From Octopus sinensis (lineage: Eukaryota): 48,503 nt of DNA. This document shows, in pieces, positions 1 to 11,639 of the stretch. Positions within the stretch are counted from its first letter, which is position 1. Each line of letters opens with the position of its first letter. The translations under genes were made by a program, and so were the position numbers. The notes under the pieces are model-generated. The model made no database searches, was not told where the DNA came from, and saw nothing but the letters and a program-made list of their open reading frames with translations. Where the stretch lies: assembly GCF_006345805.1 (NCBI RefSeq), contig NW_021834457.1:1-48503 (forward strand), in the 5' to 3' direction.

Positions 1-72
1 TCTTCAGACAGCATTCACCCGGGGTGGGTTGAGCAGGCTTCATTCATCCTCAATGCTGCATCTCTCACAAAC
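1..72 (-). mobile_element. RTE-clade LINE 3' end fragment, same family as 26260-26745
   Basis: The reverse complement gtttgtgagagatgcagcattgaggatgaatgaagcctgctcaacccaccccgg is nearly identical to 26691-26745. Confidence 0.7.
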
Positions 73-94
73 GTCTTCATACATTCCTCGTGTA

Positions 95-347
95 CATCTC
101 ACCTTCCTCTTGTCGCTATAAACCGAACTCATTTGTAAGGATCGCTTTGCGATGGGTTCCACGAAGTAAAAGAAGACGTGGCCGACCAAAGGAAACGTGG
201 CGGAGGACAAAAAGCATAAGATCTTAAAAGCGGAGGGGCTAACAATGGAACAAGCTGTCAAGGACACTCTCGGTGTTAGAGAGTGGGATGATCTTGTTGG
301 CTCCTCAAGTGCCACAAGGGCACAATGAGAACCGAATGAATGAATGA
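95..347 (+). mobile_element. RTE-clade LINE 3' end with (GAAT)n tail
   Basis: Frame from 120 reads KPNSFVRIALRWVPRSKRRRGRPKETWRRT, a typical RTE ORF C-terminus. Ends in gaatgaatgaatga. Confidence 0.7.
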
Positions 348-365
348 GTGTCACGATAATGAAGA

Positions 366-778
366 AGGCGGCGAGCTGGCAGAATCGTTAGCACGTCGGA
401 CGAAATGCGTAGCCGTATTTCGTCTGTCGTTACGTTCTGAGTTCAAATTCCGACGAGGTCGACTTTGCCTTTCATCCTTTCGGGATCGATTAAATAAGTA
501 CCAGTTGCGCACTGGGGTCGAGATAATCGACTTAATACCTATGTCTGTCCTTGTTTGTCCCCTCTGTGTTTATCCCCTTGTGGGTGGTAAAGGAATAGGT
601 ATTTCGTCTGCCGCTACGTTCTGAGTTCAAATTCCGCCGAGGTCGACTTTGCCTTTCATCCTTTCGGGGTCGATAAATTGAGTACCAGTTACGCACTGGG
701 GTCGATGTAATCGACTTAATCTGTCTGTCCTTGTTTGTCTTCTCTGTGTTTAGCCCCTTGTGGGTAGTAAAGAAATAG
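366..778 (+). mobile_element. SINE family B, dimeric
   Basis: Head ggcggcgagctggcagaatcgttagcacg. The body is repeated via the junction gaatag|gtatttcgtctg at about 598. Confidence 0.85.
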
Positions 779-876
779 AATGTCCTGCTGGGGGTAAAAC
801 ATCGACGTTATAACGACTCACTCAGAGTTATTCCCCTTAACATTAAAAAACGAAAATATTGCCTTCAAAGGGTTTT

Positions 877-1260
877 GGAAGCACTCCGTCGGTTACGACG
901 ATGAGGGTTCCGGTTGATCCGAATCAACGGAACAACCTGCTCGTGAAATTAACGTGTAAGTGGCTGAGCACTCCACAGACACGTGTACCCTTAACGTAGT
1001 TCTCGGGGATATTCAGCGTGACACAGAGAGTGACAAGGCCGGCCCCTTGAAATACAGGTACAACAGAAACAGGAAGTAAGAGTGAGAGAAAGTTGTGGTG
1101 AAAGAGTACAGCAGGGATCACCACCATCCCCTGCCGGGGCCTCGTGGAGCTTTAGGTGTTTTCGCTCAATAAACACTCACAACGCCCCGTCTGGGAATCG
1201 AAACCGCGATCCTACGACCGCGAGTCCGCTGCCCTAACCACTGGGCCATTGCGCCTCCAC
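877..1260 (-). mobile_element. SINE family C (tRNA-derived head, about 385 bp)
   Basis: Minus-strand head gtggaggcgcaatggcccagtggttagggcagcggactcgcggtcgtaggatcgcggtttcgattccc contains A and B boxes. Five near-identical copies in the window. Confidence 0.92.
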
Positions 1261-1579
1261 GACTGTATCTGATATAGCCTTTTGGGCTTTGGTCCCGTTC
1301 TTTCCAGAGACTGAGAGTTGTTTCATTAGATCGTAAGCAGATTTACCCATAAAACCTCTGGTTCCAACCTCTATGGCGAGAACCTTGACCCGGAATTTGG
1401 CCAGACTGGCGTATTTTCCAGTCTTTACATCCCTGTAACTCAGCGGTTCGGCAAAAGAGACTGATAGAATAAGTATTAGGCTTACAAAGTATAAGTCCTG
1501 GGGTCAATCGACTAACACCCTGGCAGCAGTCAAATGATTGAAACAAGTAAAAGAGTAAATGAATATATACATACATAGA

Positions 1580-1968
1580 CGCAGGAGTGGCTGTGTGGTA
1601 AGTAGCTTGCTAACCAACCACATGGTTCCGAGTTCAGTCCCACTGCGTGGCATCTTGGGCAAGTGTCTTCTGCTATAGCCCCAGGCCAACCAATGCCTTG
1701 TGAGTGGATTTGGAAGACAGAAACTGAAAGAAGCCTGTCGTATATATGTATATATATATACGTGTGTATGTGTGTTTGTCCCCTTAGCATAGCTTGACAA
1801 CCGATGCTGGTGTGTTTACGTCCCCGTCACTTAGCAGTTTGGCAAAAGAGACCGATAGAATAAGTACTGGGCTTGCAAAGAATGAGTCCCGGGGTCGATT
1901 TGCTCGACTAAAGGCTGGTGCTCCAGCATGGCCGCAGTCAAACGACTGAAACAAGTAAAAGAGTAAAA
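1580..1968 (+). mobile_element. SINE family A, full length (tRNA-like head + TA/TG linker + 3' half)
   Basis: Head ggagtggctgtgtggtaag...ggttcagtccc has A-box/B-box-like motifs. Tail gaaacaagtaaaagagtaa. More than 15 copies in the window. Confidence 0.9.
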
Positions 1969-1970
1969 AG

Positions 1971-2038
<68 letters not shown>

Positions 2039-2304
2039 TCCAAGGGTCGACTTGTTCGACTAAGGCAGTGCTCAGCAAGGCCGCAGTCAAAATTACTGAA
2101 ACAAATAAAGAACACATAAATAAAATTAAAACAAACGAAAGTATAGAAGAAAAATAAATATTTTATTCTCATTTTTTCAATTAAATATCATTTTCCATTC
2201 AAAGAGGCAAACGGGGTTGGTTTGTAGGAGCTGAAGAAAGAAATTTGATTGATGGACCCTTCCGAGGCTCACATATATTTCCTTTCGATATCTTATTAAC
2301 GATG

Positions 2305-2666
2305 GGCGTAGGAGTGGCTGTGTGGTAAGTAGCTTGCTTACAAACCACATGGCTCCAGGATCAGTCCCACTGCGTGGCACCTTGGGCAAGTGTCTTCTAC
2401 TATAGCCTCGGGCCGACCAATGCCTTGTGAGTGGATTTGGTAGACAGAAACTGAAAGAAGCCTGTCATATATATGTATATATATGTGTGTGTATGTTTGT
2501 ATGTCTGTGTCACCCCAACATCTCTTGACAACCGATGTTGGTGTGTATACGTCCCTGTAACTTAGCAGTTTGGCAAAAGAGCCGGATAGAATAAGTACTG
2601 GGCGTACAAAGAATAAGTCCTGGGATCGATGTGCTCGACTAAAGGCGGTGCTCTAGCATGGCCACA
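2305..2666 (+). mobile_element. SINE family A
   Basis: Same head and 3' half, tail truncated. Confidence 0.85.
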
Positions 2667-3261
2667 CTGGACTACTCAGCAGGACTGCTATGTTGAACCC
2701 CTTTAATATGCTGAGGGATTAGCCCTTGGCATTTAGATCCATCGGGCTACATTGGAGTGTCATAGAAATTGAATTTAGGGTGTGGGACCAACCACAAATA
2801 TAAAAAACTGGTTCGGATTTTACTACTGTGGTTCACCATTGTTTCCTTGTGGGGCAGGGAGGCTCTCGTCCCTACAAAAACAATAGACGTCTCCGTTCAT
2901 GGACACTGCTGATGGCGAGGCATCGTGGCACTACCCACTGTAAAAATAGGGGAGGATAACTAAAAATTAGTTAAATTAGATGACGGTAGTAGTGGTTCGT
3001 TCACAGACGAGCCCTGGGTGCCACAGGCACCAAGTGCGAAACCATACACATCCACCAGCTGCCCAAACTCTTCCATCAGTATTTGCGTTCCTTCTCTAGG
3101 GCTGCCTCCCTCAATGCTGCTCCCTGTTCGAAACGAACAGTCACATCATTGTTATAAACGCCATAAGCACTGGAGCCATTTCATTCGACTGAAAATTCCT
3201 CAAGGCGGTGCTCCAGCATGGCCACAGCCTAATGGCTAAAATAAGTATAAGTGATACTTCC

Positions 3262-3615
3262 CTGGCCCCTGTGCCGGTGGCACGTAAAAAGCACCCACTA
3301 CACTCACGGAGTGGTTGGCGTTAGGAAGGGCATCCAGCTGTAGAAACACTGCCAGATCAGACTGGAGCCTGGTGCAGCCTTATGCCCTCCCAGACACCGG
3401 TCGAACCGTCCAACCCATGCTAGCATGGAAAACGGATGCTAAACGATGATATGATGATAACAGATGAGGTTTAGTGACTGGAAGGGCATCTAGCTGTAGA
3501 AACACTGCCAAATCAGACTGGAGCCTGGTGCAGCCTCCAGGCTTCCCAGACTCCGGTCGAACCATCCAATCCGTGCTAGCATGGAAAACGGATGTTAAAC
3601 AATGATGATGATGAT
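3262..3615 (+). mobile_element. Family D non-autonomous retroelement, two partial copies with (GAT)n tails
   Basis: Core gttaggaagggcatccagctgtagaaac...catgctagcatggaaaacggac followed by (gat)n. The aggaagggcatcc motif resembles RTE-clade 5' UTR motifs as recalled. Confidence 0.75.
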
Positions 3616-3671
3616 CCCCATCCTATCTCCGATGAGTCCTTCCCTACGTTTGCTGCGTCCATGTTTCTGAT

Positions 3672-3677
3672 TTTAAT
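3672..3677 (-). terminator. Candidate RWDD1 polyadenylation signal (ATTAAA)
   Basis: First clear PAS-type hexamer downstream of the stop on the minus strand (about 600 nt UTR), in an AT-rich tract. Not verified. Confidence 0.3.
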
Positions 3678-3991
3678 ATTTGGTTTTCATCTCCAACTCC
3701 AGGGCCTTTCTTTAACAATTTTTTTTTAAATTAAATTATTCGTTTAAATTTAAAGCCAAAAAGAATGTAAAAATATTTTTTAAAAAAACAGACCCCCCCC
3801 CAGAAAAGCAACAATGCGCAAGTGAGAAGAATCAAACACTTCAACAAACCAATATTTTGGGGTTTCTTTAAAATTAGTGTTTTAGGGGACAACAAATTAG
3901 TCCCAGCCTCTCTCTCCATCTTCTCCTTTCAACACCAGAGTTGGAAGGAAGAGAAGGAGATAATCTGCCACGCCCTGTCCCACCCCAGACA

Positions 3992-4140
3992 CACACCCAC
4001 GCCCCCTCATCTGAACAACTGCCTCCTCACCCGTCCATCCCACACCCACGCCCCCTCATCTGAACAACTGCCTCCTCACCCGTCCATCCCACACCCACGC
4101 CCCTCGTCTGAACAACTGCCTCCTTGCCGGTCCACCCCAC
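3992..4140. repeat. Three 49-bp tandem units in the presumed RWDD1 3' UTR, G-rich on the transcribed strand
   Basis: cacacccacgcccc starts at 3992, 4041 and 4090. Confidence 0.9.
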
Positions 4141-4269
4141 ACCCACCAACTCCGACTCCAACTCCAACACCGACACCCACCATTCGAAATGTCCAACCTT
4201 CCCCCTTCCAAGCAAAAGTTGGAAGAACAATAATGACAGCACACACACAAACACATACACACACACAGT

Positions 4270-4352
4270 TTAATCTTCCAAGTCTTCGTCGTCAAGACCG
4301 AGTTCGTCAATGTCTTGGAACAGGGACTCGTCAACCTCCACAGCTTCGTTTT
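4270..4352 (-). CDS. RWDD1: RWDD1 last coding exon (ENEAVEVDESLFQDIDELGLDDEDLED*)
   Basis: VEVDESLFQ motif and acidic tail as in human RWDD1. Acceptor ttgtcttttcag, stop TAA at 4272-4270. Confidence 0.95.
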
Positions 4353-4397
4353 CTGAAAAGACAAACAAAAAACAATTATACAGGCGCAATTATAATA

Positions 4398-4798
4398 GGC
4401 GCAGGAGTGGCCGTGTGGTAAGTAGCTTGCTAACCAACCACATGGTTCCGGGTTCAATTCCACTGCATGGCACCTTGGGCAAGTGTCTTCTGCTATAGCC
4501 CCAGGCCGACCAATGCCTTGTGAGTGGATTTGGTAGACGGAAACTGAAAGAAGCCCGTCGTATATATATATGCGTGTGTGTGTTTGTGTGTCTGTGTTTG
4601 TGCCCCTAGCATTGCTTGACAACCGATGCTGGTGTGTTTACGTCCCCGTCACTTAGCAGTTCGGCAAAAGAGACCGATAGAATAAGTACTGGGCTTACAA
4701 AAAAAGAATAAGTCCCAGGGTTGAGTTGCTCGACTAAAGGCGGTGCTCCAGCATGGCCGCAGTCAAAATGACCGAAACAAGTAAAAATAAAAAGAGTA
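4398..4798 (+). mobile_element. SINE family A
   Basis: Full-length copy 45 nt from the RWDD1 last-exon acceptor. Confidence 0.9.
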
Positions 4799-4914
4799 AT
4801 ACAGACAAGAATGTAATATTTCAAACACAGTACAGAAATCCCTCGATTAGTGTGGGTGTTACGCTCCAAAACCCCCCCACGATAGGCGAAAGATCCACAA
4901 AGTAGAAACAGTAC

Positions 4915-5126
4915 TCTTTTACTTGTTTCAGTCATTTGACTGCAGCCATGCTGGAGCACCGCCTTTAGTCAAGCAAATCAACCCCGGGACTTATTCTTTT
5001 TGTAAGCCCAGTACTTATTCTATCGGTCTCTTTTTGCCAAACTGCTAAGTGACGGGGACATAAACACACCAGCATCGGTTGTCAAGCAATGCTAGGGGGA
5101 CAGGCACAGACACACAAACATACATG

Positions 5127-5184
<58 letters not shown>

Positions 5185-5308
5185 TACGACGGGCTTCTTT
5201 CAGTTTCCGTCTACCAAATCCACTCACAAGGCTTTGGTCGGCCCGAGGCTATAGCAGAAAACACTTGCTCAAGGTGACACGCAGTGGGACTGAACCCGGA
5301 ACCATGTG
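4915..5308 (-). mobile_element. SINE family A (5' truncated)
   Basis: Inverted relative to 4398-4798, with a long (TA)n linker. Confidence 0.85.
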
Positions 5309-5480
5309 ATATTTTTTTGATTATTTTTATAATTTGTATATACTTATTTTATTATATATGCAAACAACACTGCAGAGGAATCGACCCAAGCTGAAGTAAT
5401 AAACCGCGACATGGCGAAGGATGACTGTATAGCCATGAAAACAGCAAAAAGATTGTGTATTATCATTTCATTATTATATA

Positions 5481-5868
5481 CTCTTTTACTTGTTTCAGTC
5501 ATTTGACTGTGGCCATGCTGGAGCACCGCCTTTAATCGAGTAACTCGACTCCGGGACTTATTCTTTTTGTAAGCCCAGTACTTATTCTATCGGTTACTTT
5601 TTGCCAAACCACTAAATGACGGGGACATAAACACACCATCATCGGTTGTTAAGCAATGCTAAGGGGACAAACACAGACACACACACGCATATATATATAC
5701 ATATATACGACAGGCTTCTTTCAGTTTCCGTCTACCAAATCCACTCACAAGGCATTGGTCGGCCCGGGGCTATAGCAGAAGACACTCGCCCAAGATGCCA
5801 CGCAGTGGGACTGAACCCGGAACCATGTGGTTGGTTAGCAAGCTACTTACCACACAGCCACTCCTGCG
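5481..5868 (-). mobile_element. SINE family A
   Basis: Full-length reverse copy. Confidence 0.9.
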
Positions 5869-6227
5869 TTATATGTAAACTTTTTTTCCACATCAACCCC
5901 CACCATTAGCCACTTCTCCTTGAGCATCAACCACCCACCTCATTTCAAATATCATAATACCCTACCCACCCGTACCATATCTTAAATGTGTACTGGGTAC
6001 TGATGCTGGCAATTAAAATGTTAGCTAAAAATATAAATGTACGACAAATTAAGAAATTCTTTTGAAGATGACACACTTTTTATATTTAAAACTTCCTGTA
6101 TGTGGATTGAGGTGTATTTGGAAATATTTGTTTATTTATATTCCTGCGTATGTGTGTGTATGTACATATGTGTGTCTAAATGTATGATGTATGTATGTAT
6201 CTATATATATCGATACGTATGTGTGTG

Positions 6228-6417
6228 TATGGCACGTAAAAAGCACCCACTACACTCACGGAGTGGTTGGCGTTAGGAAGGGCATCCAGCTGTAGAAACG
6301 TTGCCAGATCAGACTGGAGCCTGGTGCAGCCTTCTGGCTTCCCAGATCCCTGGTCAAACCGTCCAACCCATGCTAGCATGGAGAACGGACGTTAAACGAT
6401 GATGATGATGATGATGA
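6228..6417 (+). mobile_element. Family D element
   Basis: Core plus (gat)n tail. Confidence 0.8.
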
Positions 6418-6445
6418 GCAAGAGTACACAGTATTAAATTTTCAA

Positions 6446-6678
6446 AAGGCGGCGAGCTGGCAGAATGGTTAGCACGCCGGGCAAAATGCGTAGCCGTATT
6501 TCGTCTGCCGTTACGTTCTGAGTTCAAATTCCGCCGAGGTCGACTTTGCCTTTCATCCTTTCGGGGTCAACTAAATAAGTACCAGTTACGTACTGGGGTT
6601 GATATAATCAACTTAATCCGTTTGTCTGTCCTTGTTTGTCCTTTCTGTGTTTAGCCCCTTGTGGGTTGTAAAGAAATA
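6446..6678 (+). mobile_element. SINE family B monomer with 16-bp TSD
   Basis: TSD agtattaaattttcaa at 6430-6445 and 6679-6694. Confidence 0.92.
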
Positions 6679-7843
6679 AGTATTAAATTTTCAATTTTTA
6701 TGAAATTGTTTCCACGGTTAGAAAATGTGAAAAACTCATTATATTGCTGGAATATGTTTTATTGGAGGGATGGGCATGGCCCCGACTAAGTATTTCAAGC
6801 AGTTCATCAGGGTGAGCTGGTCTTTCGCATGCCAACCCCCATTTGACCCTTTGCCTATATCAACACCCTGTAATTCCTCACCGACCCCTAGGGGGTCAGA
6901 ACCCCTTTGGCGGCCCTGATTTACACCCACCCCCCTATAACTTAGCAGTTCAGTTAGAGCAGGAGTCAGCGAATCGGTGTAAAAATGACAGCACTGGGGT
7001 CAGTCAGGGGACACTGGCATCGACTACATTTAGATGGTGCTTTTAATGTGCCACCGGCACGGGAGCCAGTCAGGTGGCACTGGCCACAGCTACGATATTG
7101 CTTTTACTTGACTCAACAGGTCTTTGTATTTGTGTGTCTGTGTTTGTAGCCCCACCATTGCTTGACAACCAATGTTGGTGTGTTTACGCTCCCGTAACTT
7201 AGTGGTTCGGCAAAAGACACCGATAGAATAAGTACTAGACTGACAAAAAATAAGCCCCGGGGTCGAATTGTTCGACTTAAAGGCAGTGCTCCAGCATGGC
7301 CGCAGTCAAATGACTGGAATAAGTAAAAGAGTAAGTGGAAAGAAACTAAAAACCTGGTGGCAATAGTGAGAAACACTCAAAGGAGTAGGGGAGATAACTT
7401 CAGGAAATTAATAATTTCACAAAAAGCTATTTTCCTGAGGTGGAAATCTGTTGTTTCTTAACAAAGTAAAAGGATTTCTGTGGACATGTTTCAGTCTTAT
7501 TAGAACTCATCAGCAAAGCATTTTCTTGCTGGGTGCAAGTCTATGTATTTGTAGAGAAAAGGCGTGACTATGAACTGGGTGGTCCCCTAGTTGGTTATTA
7601 ATTTGGTGGGTCAAAAGGAAAGGGCTCTACCCCCAGTCATCAGAGACCCTTGAAGATCAATGAAACTGAGGCAGTTGATGTTTCTATTGCACAGATGCAG
7701 CAAAAGGCTGCGAGAAAAGGTGCAGGGATATAAATGTACCAACACCGGCTGTCAAACAGTTGGGGGGGGGGAGACAAACATAGACAGAGACAAACACACA
7801 TAAGATATATATATGTATATACGACAGGTTTCTTTCAGTTTCC

Positions 7844-8229
7844 TATTTCTTTATTACCCACAAGGGGCTAAACATAGAGGGGACAAACAAGGACAGACAA
7901 AGGGATTAAGTCGATTTTTCGATCCCAGTGCGTAACTGGTACTTAATTTATCGACCCTGGAAGGATGAAAGGCAAAGTCGACCTCAGCGGAATTTGAACT
8001 CAGAACATAAAGACAGACGAAATACCTATTTCTTTACTACCCACAAGGGGCTAAACACAGAGGGGACAAACAAGGACAAACGGATTAAGTCGATTATATC
8101 GACCCCAGTCAGAAAGGATGAAAGGCAAAGTCAACCTCGGCGGGATTTGAACTCAGAACGTAATGGCAGACAAAATACCGCTAAGCATTTGGCCCGACAT
8201 GCTAACGTTTCTGCCAGCTCACCGCCTTA
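7844..8229 (-). mobile_element. SINE family B dimer with 17-bp TSD, inserted in a SINE A
   Basis: TSD ggtttcttt(c/t)agtttcc at 7827-7843 and 8230-8246. Internal dimer junction at about 8020-8035. Confidence 0.88.
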
Positions 8230-8527
8230 GGTTTCTTTTAGTTTCCGTCTATCAAATCCACTCACAAGGTTTTGGTCAGACCGAGTCTATAACAGAACAC
8301 AGTGGGACTGAACCTGGAACCATGTGGTTGGGAAGCAAGCTTCTTACCACACAGCCACGTCTGTACCTTATCAAATGGCTTTTCTTGGGATGCAGTCTAA
8401 GGTATGTCTGGGTGTGGCAGCCACAGCACGTTAGATCAGTGAATGAGCATTCCACTGTAGGCCTCACCGGATCATTTGTAGGGGGATTGAAAGCCAATGG
8501 TGAGCTAAAAATATTGAATAAACTTAC

Positions 8528-8717
8528 CGCCTTTCAAGAATTCCATATCAGAGACAATCATTGAAGAATCTTGCTGGAAGAGTTCTTTGCCTGTTAATTT
8601 AGTGTTTGTTTGATTAATATCCATGAAATTTCGTCTGCTTTCTTTCATTTCTAAGTCGAATCTGGCTTTCCAAGCAATAAAGGTCTCCACGGTAACCCGC
8701 GTGCCTTCAAATGTTTT
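8528..8717 (-). CDS. RWDD1: RWDD1 coding exon 5 (KTFEGTRVTVETFIAWKARFDLEM...TKLTGKELFQQDSSMIVSDMEFLKG)
   Basis: Carries the DRG-binding (DFRP) region motifs GTxVTxExFxxWKxxF and KLTGKELF. Acceptor tcttctttccag, donor G|GTAAGT, 190 nt. Confidence 0.95.
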
Positions 8718-8780
8718 CTGGAAAGAAGAAAAAAGAAAGATAGAAAGAAAAACTTCTGAGACAACAACAACAACAACAGC

Positions 8781-9165
8781 TCTCTTTTACTTGTTTCAGT
8801 CATTTGACCGCGACCATGCTGGAGCACCGCATTTAGTCGAGCAAATCGACCCCAGGACTTATTCTTTTTGTAAGCCTAGTACTTATTCTATCGGTCTCTT
8901 TTGCCGAACCGCTAAGTGACGGGGACGTAAACACACCAGCATCGGTTGTCAAGCAATGCTAGGGGGACAAACACACACACACACACACACACACATACAT
9001 ATACGACAGGCTTCTTTCAGTTTCCGTCTACCAAATCCACTCACAAGGCTTTGGTCGGCCCGGGGCTATAGCAGAAGACACTTGCCCAAGATGCCATGCA
9101 GTGGGACTGAACCCGGAACCATGTGGTTGGTTAGCAAGCTACTTACCACACAGCCACTCCTGCAC
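8781..9165 (-). mobile_element. SINE family A
   Basis: Full-length reverse copy ending about 60 nt before the RWDD1 exon 5 acceptor. Confidence 0.9.
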
Positions 9166-9484
9166 CAATTTCTAACACAAAAGTGCTATATTTTATTGAC
9201 CCCAGGAGAATGATAACCAAAGTTGATCTCAGCGGGATTTGAACTTGGGATGTTAAAAGAACAAGAAAAATGCCACCAACCATTTTCCCATCCGACCGTG
9301 GCCGTTGCCAGCCTCGCCTGGCCCTCCCATGCCGGTGGCACGTAAAAAGCACCCACTACACTCACGGAGTGGTTGGTGTTAGGAAGGGCATCCAGCTGTA
9401 GAAACATTCCCAGAACCCGGTCGAACCGTCCAACCCATGCTAGCATGGAAAGCAGACGCTAAATGATGATGATGATGATGACGA

Positions 9485-11394
9485 TAGCATCCAGCTGTAG
9501 AAACCCTGCCAGATCAGACTGGAGCCTGGTGCAGCCTCCTGGCTTCCCAGAACCCGGTCGAACCGTCCAACCCATGCTAGCATGGAAAGCAGACGCTAAA
9601 TGATGATGATGATGATGACAATAGCATCCAGCTGTAGAAACCCTGCCAGATCAGACTGGAGCCTGGTGCAGCCTCCTGGCTTCCCAGAACCCTGTCGAAC
9701 CGTCCAACCCATGCTAGCATGGAAAGCAGACGCTAAATGATGATGATGATGATGACAATAGCATCCAGCTGTAGAAACATTGCCAGATCAGACTGGAGCC
9801 TGGTGCAGCCTCCTGGCTTCCCAGAACCCGGTCGAACCGTCCAACCCATGCTAGCATGGAAAGCAGACGCTAAATGATGATGATGATGATGACGATAGCA
9901 TCCAGCTGTAGAAACCCTGCCAGATCAGACTGGAGCCTGGTGCAGCCTTCTGGCTTCCCAGAACCCGGTCAAACCGTCCAACCCATGCTAGCATGGAAAG
10001 CAGACGCTAAATGATGATGATGATGATGACAATAGCATCCAGCTGTAGAAACCCTGCCAGATCAGACTGGAGCCTGGTGCAGCCTTCTGGCTTCCCAGAA
10101 CCCGGTCAAACCGTCCAACCCATGCTAGCATGGAAAGCAGACGCTAAATGATGATGATGATGATGACAATAGCATCCAGCTGTAGAAACCCTGCCAGATC
10201 AGACTGGAGCCTGGTGCAGCCTTCTGGCTTCCCAGAACCCGGTCAAACCGTCCAACCCATGCTAGCATGGAAAGCAGACGCTAAATGATGATGATGATGA
10301 TGACGATAGCATCCAGCTGTAGAAACCCTGCCAGATCAGACTGGAGCCTGATGCAGCCTCCTGGCTTCCCAGAACCTGGTCGAACCGTCCAACCCATGCT
10401 AGCATGGAAAGCAGACGCTAAATGATGATGATGATGATGACGATAGCATCCAGCTGTAGAAACCCTGCCAGAATAAGACAGACTGAGCCTGGTGCAGCCT
10501 CCTGGCTTCCGAACCTGGTCGAACCGTCCAACCCTGCTAGCATGGAAGCAGACGCTAAATGATGATGATGATGATGACAATAGCATCCAGCTTAGAAACC
10601 CTGCCAGATCAGCTGGAGCCTGGTGCAGCCTTCTGGCTTCCCAGAACCCGGTCAAACCGTCCAACCCATGCTAGCATGGAAAGCAGACGCTAAATTATGA
10701 TGATGATGATGACGATAGCATCCAGCTGTAGAAACCTGCCAGATCAGACTGGAGCCTGGTGCAGCCTTCTGGCTTCCCAGAACCTGGTCGAACCGTCCAA
10801 CCCATGCTAGCATGGAAAGCAGACGCTAAATGATGATGATGATGATGACGATAGCATCCAGCTGTAGAAACCCTGCCAGATCAGACTGGAGCCTGGTGCA
10901 GCCTTCTGGCTTCCCAGAACCTGGTCAAACCGTCCAACCCATGCTAGCATGGAAAGCAGACGCTAAATGATGATGATGATGATGACGATAGCATCCAGCT
11001 GTAGAAACCCTGCCAGATCAGACTGGAGCCTGGTGCAGCCTTCTGGCTTCCCAGAACCTGGTCAAACCGTCCAACCCATGCTAGCATGGAAAGCAGACGC
11101 TAAATGATGATGATGATGATGACGATAGCATCCAGCTGTAGAAACCCTGCCAGATCAGACTGGAGCCTGGTGCAGCCTTCTGGCTTCCCAGAACCCGGTC
11201 GAACCGTCCAACCCATGCTAGCATGGAAAGCAGACGCTAAATGATGATGATGATGATGACGATAGCATCCAGCTGTAGAAACCCTGCCAGATCAGACTGG
11301 AGCCTGGTGCAGCCTCCTGGCTTCCCAGAACCCGGTCGAACCGTCCAACCCATGCTAGCATGGAAAGCAGACGCTAAATGATGATGATGATGAT
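9485..11394 (+). repeat. Tandem array, 14 units of ~137 bp derived from the 3' part of a family D element
   Basis: Unit starts at 9485, 9622, 9759, 9896, 10033, 10170, 10307, 10444, 10581, 10716, 10852, 10989, 11126 and 11263. The founder D copy is at 9290-9484. Confidence 0.95.
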
Positions 11395-11639
11395 ATTAAG
11401 TGATTCTGCTAGCACACTACCTTAAACCTGCCGATTACTTTGTCAAATGTAATCCTTATTTATCCACATCATGGATTATCTCTATCTCATAGCCTCAAGA
11501 TTTCAATGATGTGATTATTCCCCCTGCCTTTGCTAAGGTGGAGGTATTGTTTTCAGTCGTGTTTGTCTGCCCTTGGACAAGATATCTCAAGAACCCCTGG
11601 ATGGATTCAGATAAAACTTTCAGGGATCTTTGGCCTTGT

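Noticed and set aside
924-1127. Recurrent 67-aa ORF MVVIPAVLFHH... (also 12127, 45135, 45976)
   Set aside because: Lies inside SINE C. Recurrence reflects repeat copies, not a gene family.
877-1260. tRNA genes at SINE C, A and B heads
   Set aside because: A and B boxes are present, but I could not build a complete cloverleaf. The heads run straight into SINE bodies, several with TSDs.
2670-2940. Possible decayed non-LTR element end (DGSK and AVLL-like bits on the minus strand)
   Set aside because: The motifs are short, in different frames and interrupted by stops, so they are too weak to call.
3822-4421. 199-aa Pro/Thr-rich plus-strand ORF
   Set aside because: Antisense to the RWDD1 last exon and 3' UTR repeat. 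Low complexity with no recognisable domain.
9460-9485. snoRNA C-box-like TGATGA motifs throughout the introns
   Set aside because: They are part of (GAT)n tails of family D. No C/D box pair with a terminal stem was found in unique sequence.
9485-11394. CRISPR-like appearance of the regular arrays (also 24666-25622 and 41873-44230)
   Set aside because: Units are contiguous near-identical repeats with no unique spacers, the context is eukaryotic, and no cas genes are present.
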